The notes beneath the pieces are model-generated. The model had not been told where the DNA came from. It worked only from the letters and a program-made list of their open reading frames with translations, and ran no database searches. A program made the translations under genes and the position numbers. Positions 1 to 8,994 of a DNA stretch of 64,000 nt are shown in pieces; position 1 is the first letter of the stretch; each line of letters opens with the position of its first letter. Source of the DNA: an uncultured Acidimicrobiaceae bacterium (lineage in GTDB: Bacteria > Actinomycetota > Acidimicrobiia > Acidimicrobiales > RAAP-2); NCBI GenBank assembly GCA_963755375.1, contig CAVWKG010000016.1, forward strand, positions 2,617,772 through 2,681,771. Reading direction: 5' to 3'.

Positions 1-364
1 CGATCTGGTCCACCCCCTGCACGATGGCGTAGTTGTTGAACATCCCTCCGGTCGACGCGCAGACACCCATGGAGATGACCCACTTGGGTTCCATCATCTG
101 GTCGTAGATCTGGCGAAGGACCGGGGCCATCTTCTGCGAGACCCGTCCGGCCACGATCATCAGATCGGCCTGGCGCGGCGAACTCCGGAAGACCTCCATG
201 CCGAGCCGGCTGATGTCGTAGTCGGCGGCCCCGACCGAGATCATCTCAATGGCGCAGCAGGCGAGGCCGAAGGTGGCCGGCCAGACGCTATTGCGGCGGG
301 CCCACTTGACCAGATCCTCGATACGACCGGTCAGGAAATTGTGCTGGAGGTCCTCGAACCCCAT
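1..364 (-). CDS. nuoB: NADH-quinone oxidoreductase subunit B, N-terminal ~121 codons (the rest lies beyond the window edge)
   Basis: Own translation of the minus strand from ATG at 364 gives [41 protein letters not shown]...[23 protein letters not shown], which has typical NuoB Fe-S ligand motifs. It follows the nuoA stop closely (nuoA ends 368, nuoB starts 364). Confidence 0.9.
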   Translation of the reverse strand, partial: MGFEDLQHNFLTGRIEDLVKWARRNSVWPATFGLACCAIEMISVGAADYDISRLGMEVFRSSPRQADLMIVAGRVSQKMAPVLRQIYDQMMEPKWVISMGVCASTGGMFNNYAIVQGVDQI

Positions 365-367
365 CGG

Positions 368-817
368 TCAGGCCGCCTCACCGGGGGTCTTCGACGCACT
401 GATCCGGGTGATGGTCGACTCCGACGTGCGGCTCGGCATGCCTGGCTGCAACGTCTTCGCCGGGCCCCACGTCAGGGCCCCGTTGGAGATGAGGTACAGG
501 AACGAGACGAAGACCACCGCTGCGAACACGATCACTTCGATGAGCCCGAACGTCGCGATCTGGTGGAAGACCACCGCCCAGGGGTACAGGAACACGATCT
601 CGATGTCGAAGATGATGAAGATCATCGACACCAGGTAGAAGCGCACCGGGAAACGCTGGGGCGGCTCCACGTCCGGGACGATGCCGCACTCGTAGGGTGC
701 GAGCTTGGCGACGGACGGCTTCTTGCGCGGCGCCAGTATCGCTGAGGACACCAGCGAGAAGACGGTGAAAGCGAGGGCGAGCAGCCCCATGATGAGGATC
801 GGGAGGTACTGGTCCAC
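368..817 (-). CDS. nuoA: NADH-quinone oxidoreductase subunit A
   Basis: The 149-aa ORF has three hydrophobic segments and the NuoA motifs PYECG and FDIEIVFLYPWA. It sits directly upstream of nuoB. Confidence 0.9.
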   Translation of the reverse strand: MDQYLPILIMGLLALAFTVFSLVSSAILAPRKKPSVAKLAPYECGIVPDVEPPQRFPVRFYLVSMIFIIFDIEIVFLYPWAVVFHQIATFGLIEVIVFAAVVFVSFLYLISNGALTWGPAKTLQPGMPSRTSESTITRISASKTPGEAA

Positions 818-904
818 TGCCTTCCGTTTCTACCATGCGACCCGTTCGCCGGGCACATCCGCGGCGCTGGTCAGAGGGCCCCGCGGGGGACCTACGATGC
901 CTGC

Positions 905-2443
905 GTGACGGCTCCCGACGAGACCCCCGGGCCCGGCGCCCCCAAGAAGGCGGCGCGGACGGCGAAAGCCCCGGCCAAGAAGCAGGCGGCGGTCAAGAAG
1001 GCGCCGGCGAAGAAGGCCGCGGTCAAGAAGGCGCCGGCGAAGAAGGCGGCGGTCAAGAAGGCGCCGGCGAAGAAGGCGGCAACGCCCGCCGCAACCGACT
1101 CGGCCGACAAGGCGCCCCGGCCCCGGCCGCGGGCGGCGCGTCCGGCCGCCGAGCACGTGCACGATGCCGTGATCGTCGGGGCGGGACCCACCGGCTCCTC
1201 CTGTGGCTACTGGCTGGCCCAGGCGGGCTGGGATGTGGTGGTCGTCGAGAAGAAGGAGTTCCCCCGGGAGAAGACCTGCGGGGACGGCCTCACCCCCCGC
1301 GCCGTCCGGCAGCTGGCCGACATGGGTCTGGAGGAGGCCCTGGCCGGTTCCCACCGCTACCAGGGCCTGCGCGCCTTCGGCTTCGGCCGCTCCATCGACA
1401 TGCGTTGGCCGGAGCACCCGAACTTCCCCGACTACGGCTACACCATCACGCGCCACGACCTCGACGGGCTGGTGGCCGGGCACGCCGCGGGCGCGGGGGC
1501 CACCCTGCTCCAGGGCACCGAGGTCACCGCACCTCTCCTCGACGAGGCCGCCCCGCTCGCGGGCCTGCTGCCGACGCTCACCGGCGTCACGGTCAAGGAC
1601 AAGGGTGCGGCGGGCACCCGCACCATCCGAGCCCGCTACGTCGTGGTGGCCGACGGATCCAATTCGCGGGTGGGCCGCATGCTCGGCACGACGCGGCGCC
1701 GGGACCTGCCCATGGGCATGGCCCTGCGCGGGTACTACCGGTCTGACCGCCACGACGACCCGTTCATCGAGTCGCACCTCGACATCCGGGACGCCGAGGG
1801 CAACGTCGTGCCCGGGTACGGCTGGATATTCCCCATGGGCGACGGACGGGTGAACGTCGGGGTCGGCCTGCTCTCGACCGACCAGCGCTGGAAGGGCCTC
1901 AACACCTCCCATCTCATGGACGCCTTCGTGGCGTTCGCCCCGTCGTCCTGGGGCCTGCGACCCGAGACGAGCCTGGGGCCACCGACCGGCGGGAAGCTCC
2001 CGATGGGTCTCTCGGTCGGGCCGCGCGCGGGCGGCAACGTGCTCATCGCCGGCGACGCCGGCGGCGCCATCAACCCGTTCAACGGGGAGGGCATCGCCTA
2101 CGGCTACGAGACCGGGCGGCTGGCCGCCGCCGCCCTCGGCCACGCCCTGACCGGCGAAGGCGAGCGGGCGCTGACCGACTACGACCGCGAGCTGACGGCT
2201 GCCTACGGCCCGTACTTCAAGGTGGCGCGGGCGTTCGTGCACCTGATCTCGAACCCCGAGGCCATGCGCCTCTGCGTCGGCCTCGGCATGCGCTCGGAGC
2301 TATTGATGACCCAGCTCCTGCGCATCATGGCCAATCTCATGCGACCCGACGCCGCCGGCCCCGCCGAGCTCGGCTTCCGGGCCATGGAGCTCGTCTCGCG
2401 GGTCCTGCCCGATACCGACGGGCTCGAGATCCCCGCCGCCTGA
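905..2443 (+). CDS. Geranylgeranyl reductase family FAD-dependent oxidoreductase with a Lys/Ala-rich N-terminal extension
   Basis: Contains the FAD-binding fingerprint DAVIVGAGPTGSS followed by EKKEFPREKTCGDGLTPRA, typical of geranylgeranyl/menaquinone reductases. The first ~85 aa are AKKAAVKKAPAKK-type repeats. GTG start at 905. Confidence 0.85.
   Translation: MTAPDETPGPGAPKKAARTAKAPAKKQAAVKKAPAKKAAVKKAPAKKAAVKKAPAKKAATPAATDSADKAPRPRPRAARPAAEHVHDAVIVGAGPTGSSCGYWLAQAGWDVVVVEKKEFPREKTCGDGLTPRAVRQLADMGLEEALAGSHRYQGLRAFGFGRSIDMRWPEHPNFPDYGYTITRHDLDGLVAGHAAGAGATLLQGTEVTAPLLDEAAPLAGLLPTLTGVTVKDKGAAGTRTIRARYVVVADGSNSRVGRMLGTTRRRDLPMGMALRGYYRSDRHDDPFIESHLDIRDAEGNVVPGYGWIFPMGDGRVNVGVGLLSTDQRWKGLNTSHLMDAFVAFAPSSWGLRPETSLGPPTGGKLPMGLSVGPRAGGNVLIAGDAGGAINPFNGEGIAYGYETGRLAAAALGHALTGEGERALTDYDRELTAAYGPYFKVARAFVHLISNPEAMRLCVGLGMRSELLMTQLLRIMANLMRPDAAGPAELGFRAMELVSRVLPDTDGLEIPAA
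989..1078. repeat. 3 x 30-bp in-frame tandem repeat (gcggtcaagaaggcgccggcgaagaaggcS) encoding AVKKAPAKKA
   Basis: Read directly. Copies lie at 989-1018, 1019-1048 and 1049-1078, with a single mismatch at the last base of copy 1. Confidence 0.95.
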
Positions 2444-2452
2444 GCCACGCCG

Positions 2453-3214
2453 TCAGGCGAACAGCCGCTCTGCGCCCCCCGCCACCCGCAGCAGCCATGC
2501 CCTCTGCTCTCCCACGAACCCCTCGGCGACCCGGGCCGCGGCGGTGACGCGCACCCACCCGTCGAGGGCATCGTCCCCGAGGCCCCGTCGGGCCCGGCCC
2601 TCGCGGCGGACGGTGCGCAGGAACCGCTCGACCGGCCCGATCGACCGCTGCCCCCACAGGACGAGGGTACGGGCCAGATCCGCCGCCGACGGCCCCGCTG
2701 CCACGGTGAGCCAGTCGATGACGACCCAGCCGTCGGGTCCGACCAGCACGTTGGCGGGGTGGAAATCGAAGTGGCACACGCCGCGCCCGCCGTCGTCGAG
2801 CGCGCCGAGCAGGGCCACGAGCTCTGCCTGCAGCGCGACGCCGGGGACGCTCGACTCGATCTCCGCGCGCAGACGAGCCACCAGGTCGGGCAGGCCAGCG
2901 ATCGTCGCCCCGTTGCAGCGCACCTGCAATTCGGCGAAGTGGCTGGCGAGACGATCAAGAACCTCGGGGCTCGAGGCGGAAATCACCTCCGACAGGGACG
3001 GTCCTTCGACCCGGTCCAGGACGAGGCCGCTGCGGCCGGCGACCGTGACCGTGCCGTGCGGCCGGGCGACGGGCAACCCGGCGTCGACCAGCCCGGCCAG
3101 CACGGTTTCCTCGAAAGCGGACAGGCCGTTCCATTCCGGGCGGTCGAGCTTGAGGACCCGCCCCTCGCCGTAAGCGAAGACCTCCGCGGTGCGGCCCTCG
3201 GCCAGCAGCTCCAC
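2453..3214 (-). CDS. Phosphotransferase family protein (APH/choline-kinase fold)
   Basis: VCHFDFHPANVLVGPDGWVVIDW matches the kinase catalytic loop and metal-binding region of the APH fold. The ORF is open to 3337, but I trimmed the start to GTG 3214, which abuts the stop of the upstream HIT gene. The start is uncertain. Confidence 0.7.
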   Translation of the reverse strand: MELLAEGRTAEVFAYGEGRVLKLDRPEWNGLSAFEETVLAGLVDAGLPVARPHGTVTVAGRSGLVLDRVEGPSLSEVISASSPEVLDRLASHFAELQVRCNGATIAGLPDLVARLRAEIESSVPGVALQAELVALLGALDDGGRGVCHFDFHPANVLVGPDGWVVIDWLTVAAGPSAADLARTLVLWGQRSIGPVERFLRTVRREGRARRGLGDDALDGWVRVTAAARVAEGFVGEQRAWLLRVAGGAERLFA

Positions 3215-3218
3215 CGGG

Positions 3219-3698
3219 TCAGTCCTGCAGGCGGGCGCGCAGCGCAGCGGCTTCGGCCTGCAGTTGGGCCGGTGCGATGGCCGGGATCGCGGTGAAGTCG
3301 AACGCCGCGGATTCGACCGGAGACCCGGCCCGCGCATCGTCGGGGGGGCGTGGCACCAGGTGGACGTGCAGGTGCGGCACGCCGTTGCCCAGGCTGAACC
3401 AGTTCATCTTCGTCGGGCGGTACTCCTCGTCGACTGCGTCCGCGACGCGCGCCACGTCGGACCAGAATCCCGCCGACTCCGCGGCCGAGAGCTCCGTGGG
3501 CTCGGCGACGTGGCGGCCCTTCCAGATCACATAGGCATAGCCGGGCCGCACCGGATACCGGCCGATGTACCCGTCAGCCCAGGGTCCCTCGAAGACCCGC
3601 AGGCCGTGCGGCGTCTCGTCGGCACCCGGTCCGCACATGGCGCAACCTTCGCCCCGGTGGAGCGCGGGGAAGTCATCGGGCCACTGGTTCTCGGGCAT
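3219..3698 (-). CDS. HIT (histidine triad) family protein
   Basis: Contains the histidine triad GVPHLHVHLVPR. ATG at 3698 (MPENQWPDDF...). The longer ORF reaching 4190 upstream is low-complexity. Confidence 0.8.
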   Translation of the reverse strand: MPENQWPDDFPALHRGEGCAMCGPGADETPHGLRVFEGPWADGYIGRYPVRPGYAYVIWKGRHVAEPTELSAAESAGFWSDVARVADAVDEEYRPTKMNWFSLGNGVPHLHVHLVPRPPDDARAGSPVESAAFDFTAIPAIAPAQLQAEAAALRARLQD

Positions 3699-3815
3699 GC
3701 TCCTCAGTCTGCCCTTCGCAACCCCATCCGTTCTTTCTGCCTCTTGCGCACACTCGGACTGGGCTTTTGGCAGACTCGTGCGGGTTCGACGTGAACCGTC
3801 TGGAGGTCTCTTGCG

Positions 3816-4232
3816 ATGCTCGGAGGTGAAGAGGACGATGAGGTCGCGGTGGACGCAACACTCGAACTGGCACTCGGCACGACCGAAGAGGCCATCGACA
3901 CCTACCTGCAGGACCCGTCGCCTTCGTTCCGCACGCAGCTCTTGACGGCGCTGGAAACCCTCGATCAGCAAATCGCCAGCAGCGATGCCTATGAGAGCAG
4001 CACCATCGGCTCGGCGGCCTTCGGCTATTCCACCAAGGGGTCGGTGATCGGCGAAACCTCCAGCGTGTCCGCCGCCGAGGAGATCCCCGGTGCGGAGTTC
4101 CGTGCCCAGACGGCCTTGGTCAAGGCGGCCAAGGACGAAGTGCGCGCACCGACAGCCGAGACCCTGGCCGAACTCCGTGCCGCGCAGCACGCACTGGCCG
4201 CCGTGCGGGGCCGCGACCCCCTCGTCACCTGA
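3816..4232 (+). CDS. Hypothetical acidic protein (138 aa)
   Basis: Open frame with non-repetitive, protein-like composition. No motif recognised. It converges on hemL with an 8-nt overlap. Confidence 0.4.
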   Translation: MLGGEEDDEVAVDATLELALGTTEEAIDTYLQDPSPSFRTQLLTALETLDQQIASSDAYESSTIGSAAFGYSTKGSVIGETSSVSAAEEIPGAEFRAQTALVKAAKDEVRAPTAETLAELRAAQHALAAVRGRDPLVT

Positions 4233-5517
4233 CTTCGGCCGCCGCCTCCCCCGCGGCCTCGACGACGCGGGCGAGCACGTCCTCGTCGTGGGCCAGGCCG
4301 GGGAACATCACCTCGTAGGCACCGGGTGCGAGCGCCACGCCGCGTCGCAACATGGCGTGGAAGAACCGCGCGTAGGTTTCGCCGCCGGCCCAGGCCCGGG
4401 CGCCCTCGTACTCGGAGGGTGCTGCGATGAGGCCGGCCGCGGCGTCGGCCACGAAGAGGCCGACCAGCGGCCCGACGGCCGGCGCGGCGACGGAGAGGCC
4501 GCCCGCGGCGACGGCCGACTCGAGATCCTTGGCGAAGACCGCCACCCGCGCCGTCAGCGCTTCGTAGTCCGCCGGCTGCACCTCGCCCAATACCGCGAGG
4601 CCCGCCGCCGTGGCGAGCGGGTTGCCCGACAACGTGCCGGCTTGGTACACCGGACCACCCGGCGCCAGCTCGGCCATCACGTCGCGGCGACCGCCGAAGG
4701 CGCCCACCGGCAGCCCGCCCCCGATCACCTTGCCGAAACACCAGAGGTCGGGCGTCACACCGGACCAGCCGGTGGCGCCCGCCGGACCAAGTCGGAATCC
4801 GGTGATCACCTCGTCGAAGATGAGGAGGGCACCACTGGCGCTGCAGGCGGCGCGGAGCCCCTCGAGGAAGCCGGGCGCCGGCGCAACGAGGTTCATGTTG
4901 GCCGCCACCGGCTCGACGATCACACAGGCCACCCGCCCGTCGACGTCAGGGACCACGTTGTAGGGGACCACCTCGGTGTCGGCCACGGCACCGGCGGACA
5001 CGCCGGCCGAGCCGGGGAGGCCGAGCATGGCCACGCCACTCCCGCCTCCGGCCAGCAAGCCGTCGGAGTGGCCGTGGTAACAGCCGTCGAACTTGACGAT
5101 GCGGTCGCGCCCGGTCGCGCCGCGGGCGAGACGAACCGCGCTCATGGCCGCCTCGGTGCCCGAAGAGACGAGGCGCACCTGTTCGCAGCCCGGCACCCGC
5201 TCGCAGATCGCCTCAGCGAGCATGACCTCACCCGGGGTCGGGGCGCCGAACGTCGTGCCGCGTGCCGCCGCCGCCGCCACGGCTGCCGTGATCACCGGAT
5301 GACCGTGACCGAGCAGCACCGCGCCGTAGGACTGGACCATGTCGAGGTAGCGGTTCCCCTCGGCGTCGACGACGGAGGCGCCCTCGCCCGAGACGACGGT
5401 GTACGGCGTCCCCCCGACCGACGCGAAGGACCGAACGGGCGAGTCCACGCCCCCGGGGATCACGCGGCGAGCCCGCGCGAACCACTCGGCGTTCGACGCC
5501 GAGTGCCGCTCAGCCAC
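4225..5517 (-). CDS. hemL: Glutamate-1-semialdehyde 2,1-aminomutase
   Basis: N-terminus RRVIPGGVDSPVRSF...YLDMVQSYGAVLLGHGHP plus a class-III aminotransferase body. It is the last gene of the heme cluster and overlaps hemB by 8 nt. Confidence 0.95.
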   Translation of the reverse strand: MAERHSASNAEWFARARRVIPGGVDSPVRSFASVGGTPYTVVSGEGASVVDAEGNRYLDMVQSYGAVLLGHGHPVITAAVAAAAARGTTFGAPTPGEVMLAEAICERVPGCEQVRLVSSGTEAAMSAVRLARGATGRDRIVKFDGCYHGHSDGLLAGGGSGVAMLGLPGSAGVSAGAVADTEVVPYNVVPDVDGRVACVIVEPVAANMNLVAPAPGFLEGLRAACSASGALLIFDEVITGFRLGPAGATGWSGVTPDLWCFGKVIGGGLPVGAFGGRRDVMAELAPGGPVYQAGTLSGNPLATAAGLAVLGEVQPADYEALTARVAVFAKDLESAVAAGGLSVAAPAVGPLVGLFVADAAAGLIAAPSEYEGARAWAGGETYARFFHAMLRRGVALAPGAYEVMFPGLAHDEDVLARVVEAAGEAAAEVR

Positions 5518-6523
5518 CGAGGGCCTCGGCCACCTCGGCCGCGAAGTACGTCAGAATGAAATCGGCGCCCGCCCGCTTGAGGACGGTGAGCTGCTCGAGT
5601 GCCACGGCCGGGCCGTCGATCCAGCCCGCCGCCGCCGCGGCCTTGACCATGGCGAACTCACCACTCACGTGGTACGCGGCCAGGGGCACCGAGACCTCGT
5701 GACGCACGGCGGCCAGGACGTCGAGGGACGTCATCGCGGGCTTGACCATGATCATGTCCGCGCCCTCGGCCACGTCCTGTTCTATTTCAGCCAGCGCCTC
5801 GCGCCCGTTGCGCAGGTCCTGCTGGTAGGCCCGGCGGTCGCCGCCCGCGGCGATGGTGACGTCGACCGCGTCCCGGAAGGGCCCGTAGAGCGCGGACGCG
5901 TACTTGGACGCGTAGGCCAAGATGGCGACCCGTTGATGGCCGTCGCCGTCGAGCGCGGCGCGGACGGCGGCCACCTGCCCGTCCATCATCCCGCTCGGCG
6001 CCACCACGTCTGCGCCGGCTTCGGCCTGGGCCAGGGCGATGCGCCCGTAGAGCTCGAGCGTCGGGTCGTTGAGCACCTCGCCCGTGGGGCCGAGAACGCC
6101 GCAGTGCCCGTGGTCGGTGTACTCGTCCAGGCAGAGGTCCGCCATCAGGACGAGCTCGTCACCCACCGCGTCGCGCAGGGCGCGTAGCGCGACCTGCACC
6201 ACGCCAAGCGGGTCCCAGGCGCCGCTCCCCTGGGCGTCCTTGCGGACCGGCACGCCGAACAGGATGAGACCGGGCACGCCCAGCGAGACAAGTCGCTTGG
6301 CTTCGATCACCAGCGAGTCGAGCGAATGCTGCATCTCACCGGGCATGGACGCGATCGGGATCGGCCCCTCCGTCCCTTCCCGCACGAAGAGGGGGGCGAC
6401 CAGGTCGTCCACTCCGAGACGGGCCTCGGCGACCAACCGCCGCAGCGCCGGCGTACGCCGCAGCCGCCGCAGCCGCCGCACGGGGAAGCCCCCCGGAGTG
6501 GGCGCAGACGTCGCCTCGACCAT
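5510..6523 (-). CDS. hemB: Porphobilinogen synthase (delta-aminolevulinate dehydratase)
   Basis: Motifs FPVRRLRRLRRTPALRRLV, APSGMMDGQVAAVR and ADMIMVKPA are ALAD hallmarks. Confidence 0.95.
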   Translation of the reverse strand: MVEATSAPTPGGFPVRRLRRLRRTPALRRLVAEARLGVDDLVAPLFVREGTEGPIPIASMPGEMQHSLDSLVIEAKRLVSLGVPGLILFGVPVRKDAQGSGAWDPLGVVQVALRALRDAVGDELVLMADLCLDEYTDHGHCGVLGPTGEVLNDPTLELYGRIALAQAEAGADVVAPSGMMDGQVAAVRAALDGDGHQRVAILAYASKYASALYGPFRDAVDVTIAAGGDRRAYQQDLRNGREALAEIEQDVAEGADMIMVKPAMTSLDVLAAVRHEVSVPLAAYHVSGEFAMVKAAAAAGWIDGPAVALEQLTVLKRAGADFILTYFAAEVAEALGG

Positions 6524-6532
6524 GCATGCAGC

Positions 6533-8047
6533 CTACGGGGCGCCGCCCCGATCGGGGCCCAAGGCGGCGATCAGCTCGTCGACGATGCCCTGAGGCGAGG
6601 GCTCCCTCGCCTCGTGCACGCCGTCGAGTCCGGCCGCCCGGGCCGCCGCAGCCGTCGTCGGTCCGATGCTGACGATGTGGGCCGGGGGGGTCACCGGCTC
6701 GCCCGCCGCGGTACGCAAGGCCAGGAACGCCCGCACGGTCGAGGGAGCCGTGAAGGTCAGCGCATCGGCCGCGGCCACCCGGTCCAGGAACGCCGGCTCC
6801 GGCGCGGCCCGCGGCACCGTGCGGTAGGCCTCGATGCGGCGGACGTCCCAGCCCTTGGCGCCGAGTCCGTCGGGAACGGTCCCGGGCGCCAGGTCGGCAC
6901 ACGGGAACAGGACACGCCGGGAGCCCGCACTCCCCGGCGTTGGGAACTCCTCGACGAGCCCGCGCGCGCTGTGCTCGCCCGGCACGAAGTCGGGCTCGAT
7001 GCCGGCCCGGCGCAGGGCGTCGGCCGTGGCCGGGCCCACGGCGGCCACCAGCACGGAGCTCAAATCGCGCGCGTCACGCAATGCGCCCATGAAACGGTCC
7101 ACCGCATTGACCGACGTCACCACGACCCAGCCGTTGTCCCGGACGGCCGCCGCCGCCGCCCGCAGCGCGGCTCCCCCGTCCGCCGGATCGACCTGACGGG
7201 TCAACGGCAACTCGAGTGCAGTGGCGCCCGCCCGCTCGAGCGCGTGCACGAGACCTCGGGCTCGCTCGCCGGTGCGCGTCACCACCACCGTGCGTCCGGT
7301 CAAGGAACCCTCGGCGCCGTTGAGCGGGTCGTGGAGGCCGAGCGCCGCCACCGGGCCCACGACGATGACAGCGGGAGGTCCCAGGTCGATGTCCGCCAGG
7401 CCGGTCAGCGTGGTGCGCGCCACCCGCTCGGACGCCGTCGTCCCCTCCGCGATCACCGCGACCGGCGTGTCGGGCGGCCGCCCGCCCTCGACCAGCGCCG
7501 CGGCAATCGCGGCTCGCGTCGTCATGCCCATCAGGATCACCAGCGTCCCGCCGACGCGAGCCAGGGCTGCCCAGTCGTGGTCGCCAGAGCCCCCCGGTTC
7601 GCCCACCCGGCCCGTCACGACGGTGACCGACGCCGCCACGCCGCGCCGCGTGACGGGGATGCCGACGGCCGCGGGGACACCGAAGGCGGACGTCACACCC
7701 GGGACCACCTCCCAGGCGATACCGGCCCGCGCCAATGTCTCCACCTCCTCGCCGCCGCGGCCGAAGAGGAACGGGTCGCCGCCCTTGAGCCGGACCACGA
7801 CGGCGGACGCGCGTCCGTGCTCGACCAGCAAGCGGGCGATCTCCTCCTGGCGACCCCCACCTCGCGCCGGTGCCTCGGGGTCCTTGCCCACATCGATGAG
7901 GAGCGCCGACGACGGCACCAGGTCGAGGACGGCTGGGCTGACCAGGCGGTCGTGCAGGACGACATCGGCCCGCGCCAGCAGCGCGGCGCCCCGCCGGGTC
8001 AGGAGCCCGGGGTCGCCGGGGCCGGCGCCCACCAGATAGACCGTCAC
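6533..8047 (-). CDS. Bifunctional uroporphyrinogen-III C-methyltransferase / uroporphyrinogen-III synthase
   Basis: The N-terminal half is VYLVGAGPGDPGLLTRRGAALLARADVVLHDRLV (SUMT/CobA). The C-terminal half is HemD-like. GTG at 8047 overlaps the hemC stop (GTGA). Confidence 0.9.
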   Translation of the reverse strand: MTVYLVGAGPGDPGLLTRRGAALLARADVVLHDRLVSPAVLDLVPSSALLIDVGKDPEAPARGGGRQEEIARLLVEHGRASAVVVRLKGGDPFLFGRGGEEVETLARAGIAWEVVPGVTSAFGVPAAVGIPVTRRGVAASVTVVTGRVGEPGGSGDHDWAALARVGGTLVILMGMTTRAAIAAALVEGGRPPDTPVAVIAEGTTASERVARTTLTGLADIDLGPPAVIVVGPVAALGLHDPLNGAEGSLTGRTVVVTRTGERARGLVHALERAGATALELPLTRQVDPADGGAALRAAAAAVRDNGWVVVTSVNAVDRFMGALRDARDLSSVLVAAVGPATADALRRAGIEPDFVPGEHSARGLVEEFPTPGSAGSRRVLFPCADLAPGTVPDGLGAKGWDVRRIEAYRTVPRAAPEPAFLDRVAAADALTFTAPSTVRAFLALRTAAGEPVTPPAHIVSIGPTTAAAARAAGLDGVHEAREPSPQGIVDELIAALGPDRGGAP

Positions 8048-8970
8048 GGCGCGGCGTCCAGCAGGCCGCCGAAGCCCTCGATGGCCGCGCCGCCCCCCTC
8101 CAGCAGGGCACGCGCCACCTCGATGCCCACGGTTTCGGGGTCGTCGCCCCACCTGGCCATGCGGATCACCGTGTGCCCGTCCCCGCTGGCCAGGAGCCCC
8201 GACACCCGGAGCGCCGTACCGACCTTTTCCGGCTCGGCGAAGGCACCGACCGGTACGGTGCAGCTCCCACCCAGAGCGGCGAGAACGGCGCGCTCGGACC
8301 GCAGGGACCGGTGACTCGGCTCGTGGTCGATAGCGGCGAGCAGCCGCCTGGTCTCGTCATCGTCTCCCCGGCACTGCACAGCGATGGCGCCCTGACCCGC
8401 CTGGGGCAACACGTCCACCGGGTCCAGGACATCGACCAGCCGGCGCTCCCAGCCGAGACGTTCCATGGCGGCGACGGCGACGACGACGGCAGAGACCTCC
8501 CCGTTCTCGGCGACGGCCACCCGCCGGGCCATGTTGCCGCGCAGGTCGGTGAAGACCAGGTCCGGGCGCAGCGCCGCCAACTGGGCCCGACGCCGCGCCG
8601 AGCCGGTCGCCACCAGGCCCCCGGCCGGCAGGCCGGCCAAGGTGCTGCCCACCAGGCCGTCACGCGGGTCGGCGCGGCACGGCACCGCCCCCAGCACCAG
8701 ATGCACCGGCATCACCGATGGCATGTCCTTGGCGGAATGCACCGCGGCGTCGGCCCGCCCCTCGGCCACCGCCGCCTCCACCTCGGTGACGAACACGCCC
8801 TGGCCCCCGATCTCGTCGAGGGGAGCCGTCGTGTCGCGATCGCCCCGCGTCCGTACGACGAGAGGCTCGAGGTCGAGGGCCGGGTGGGCCCGGCGCAAGA
8901 GCTCGGAGACCAATTCCGTCTGACGGAGGGCCAACGGCGAGCCGCGGGTGGCCAGACGGATGGTTCCCAT
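8044..8970 (-). CDS. hemC: Hydroxymethylbilane synthase (porphobilinogen deaminase)
   Basis: IRLATRGSPLALRQT at the N-terminus, and the dipyrromethane cofactor Cys context GGSCTVPVGAFA. Confidence 0.95.
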   Translation of the reverse strand: MGTIRLATRGSPLALRQTELVSELLRRAHPALDLEPLVVRTRGDRDTTAPLDEIGGQGVFVTEVEAAVAEGRADAAVHSAKDMPSVMPVHLVLGAVPCRADPRDGLVGSTLAGLPAGGLVATGSARRRAQLAALRPDLVFTDLRGNMARRVAVAENGEVSAVVVAVAAMERLGWERRLVDVLDPVDVLPQAGQGAIAVQCRGDDDETRRLLAAIDHEPSHRSLRSERAVLAALGGSCTVPVGAFAEPEKVGTALRVSGLLASGDGHTVIRMARWGDDPETVGIEVARALLEGGGAAIEGFGGLLDAAP

Positions 8971-8994
8971 GGTCCGACTATCCCATGGCCCCGA

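Noticed and set aside
830-2242. 470-aa minus-strand ORF antisense to the geranylgeranyl reductase gene. Similar long antisense or out-of-frame ORFs occur at 6326..8314, 10477..13212, 16105..18165, 18834..20534, 22735..24420 and 4090..5559.
   Set aside because: They are Arg/Gly/Pro/Ala-rich low-complexity translations, typical of stop-codon-poor alternative frames in ~70% GC DNA. Each overlaps a gene on the other strand or frame that has unmistakable family motifs.
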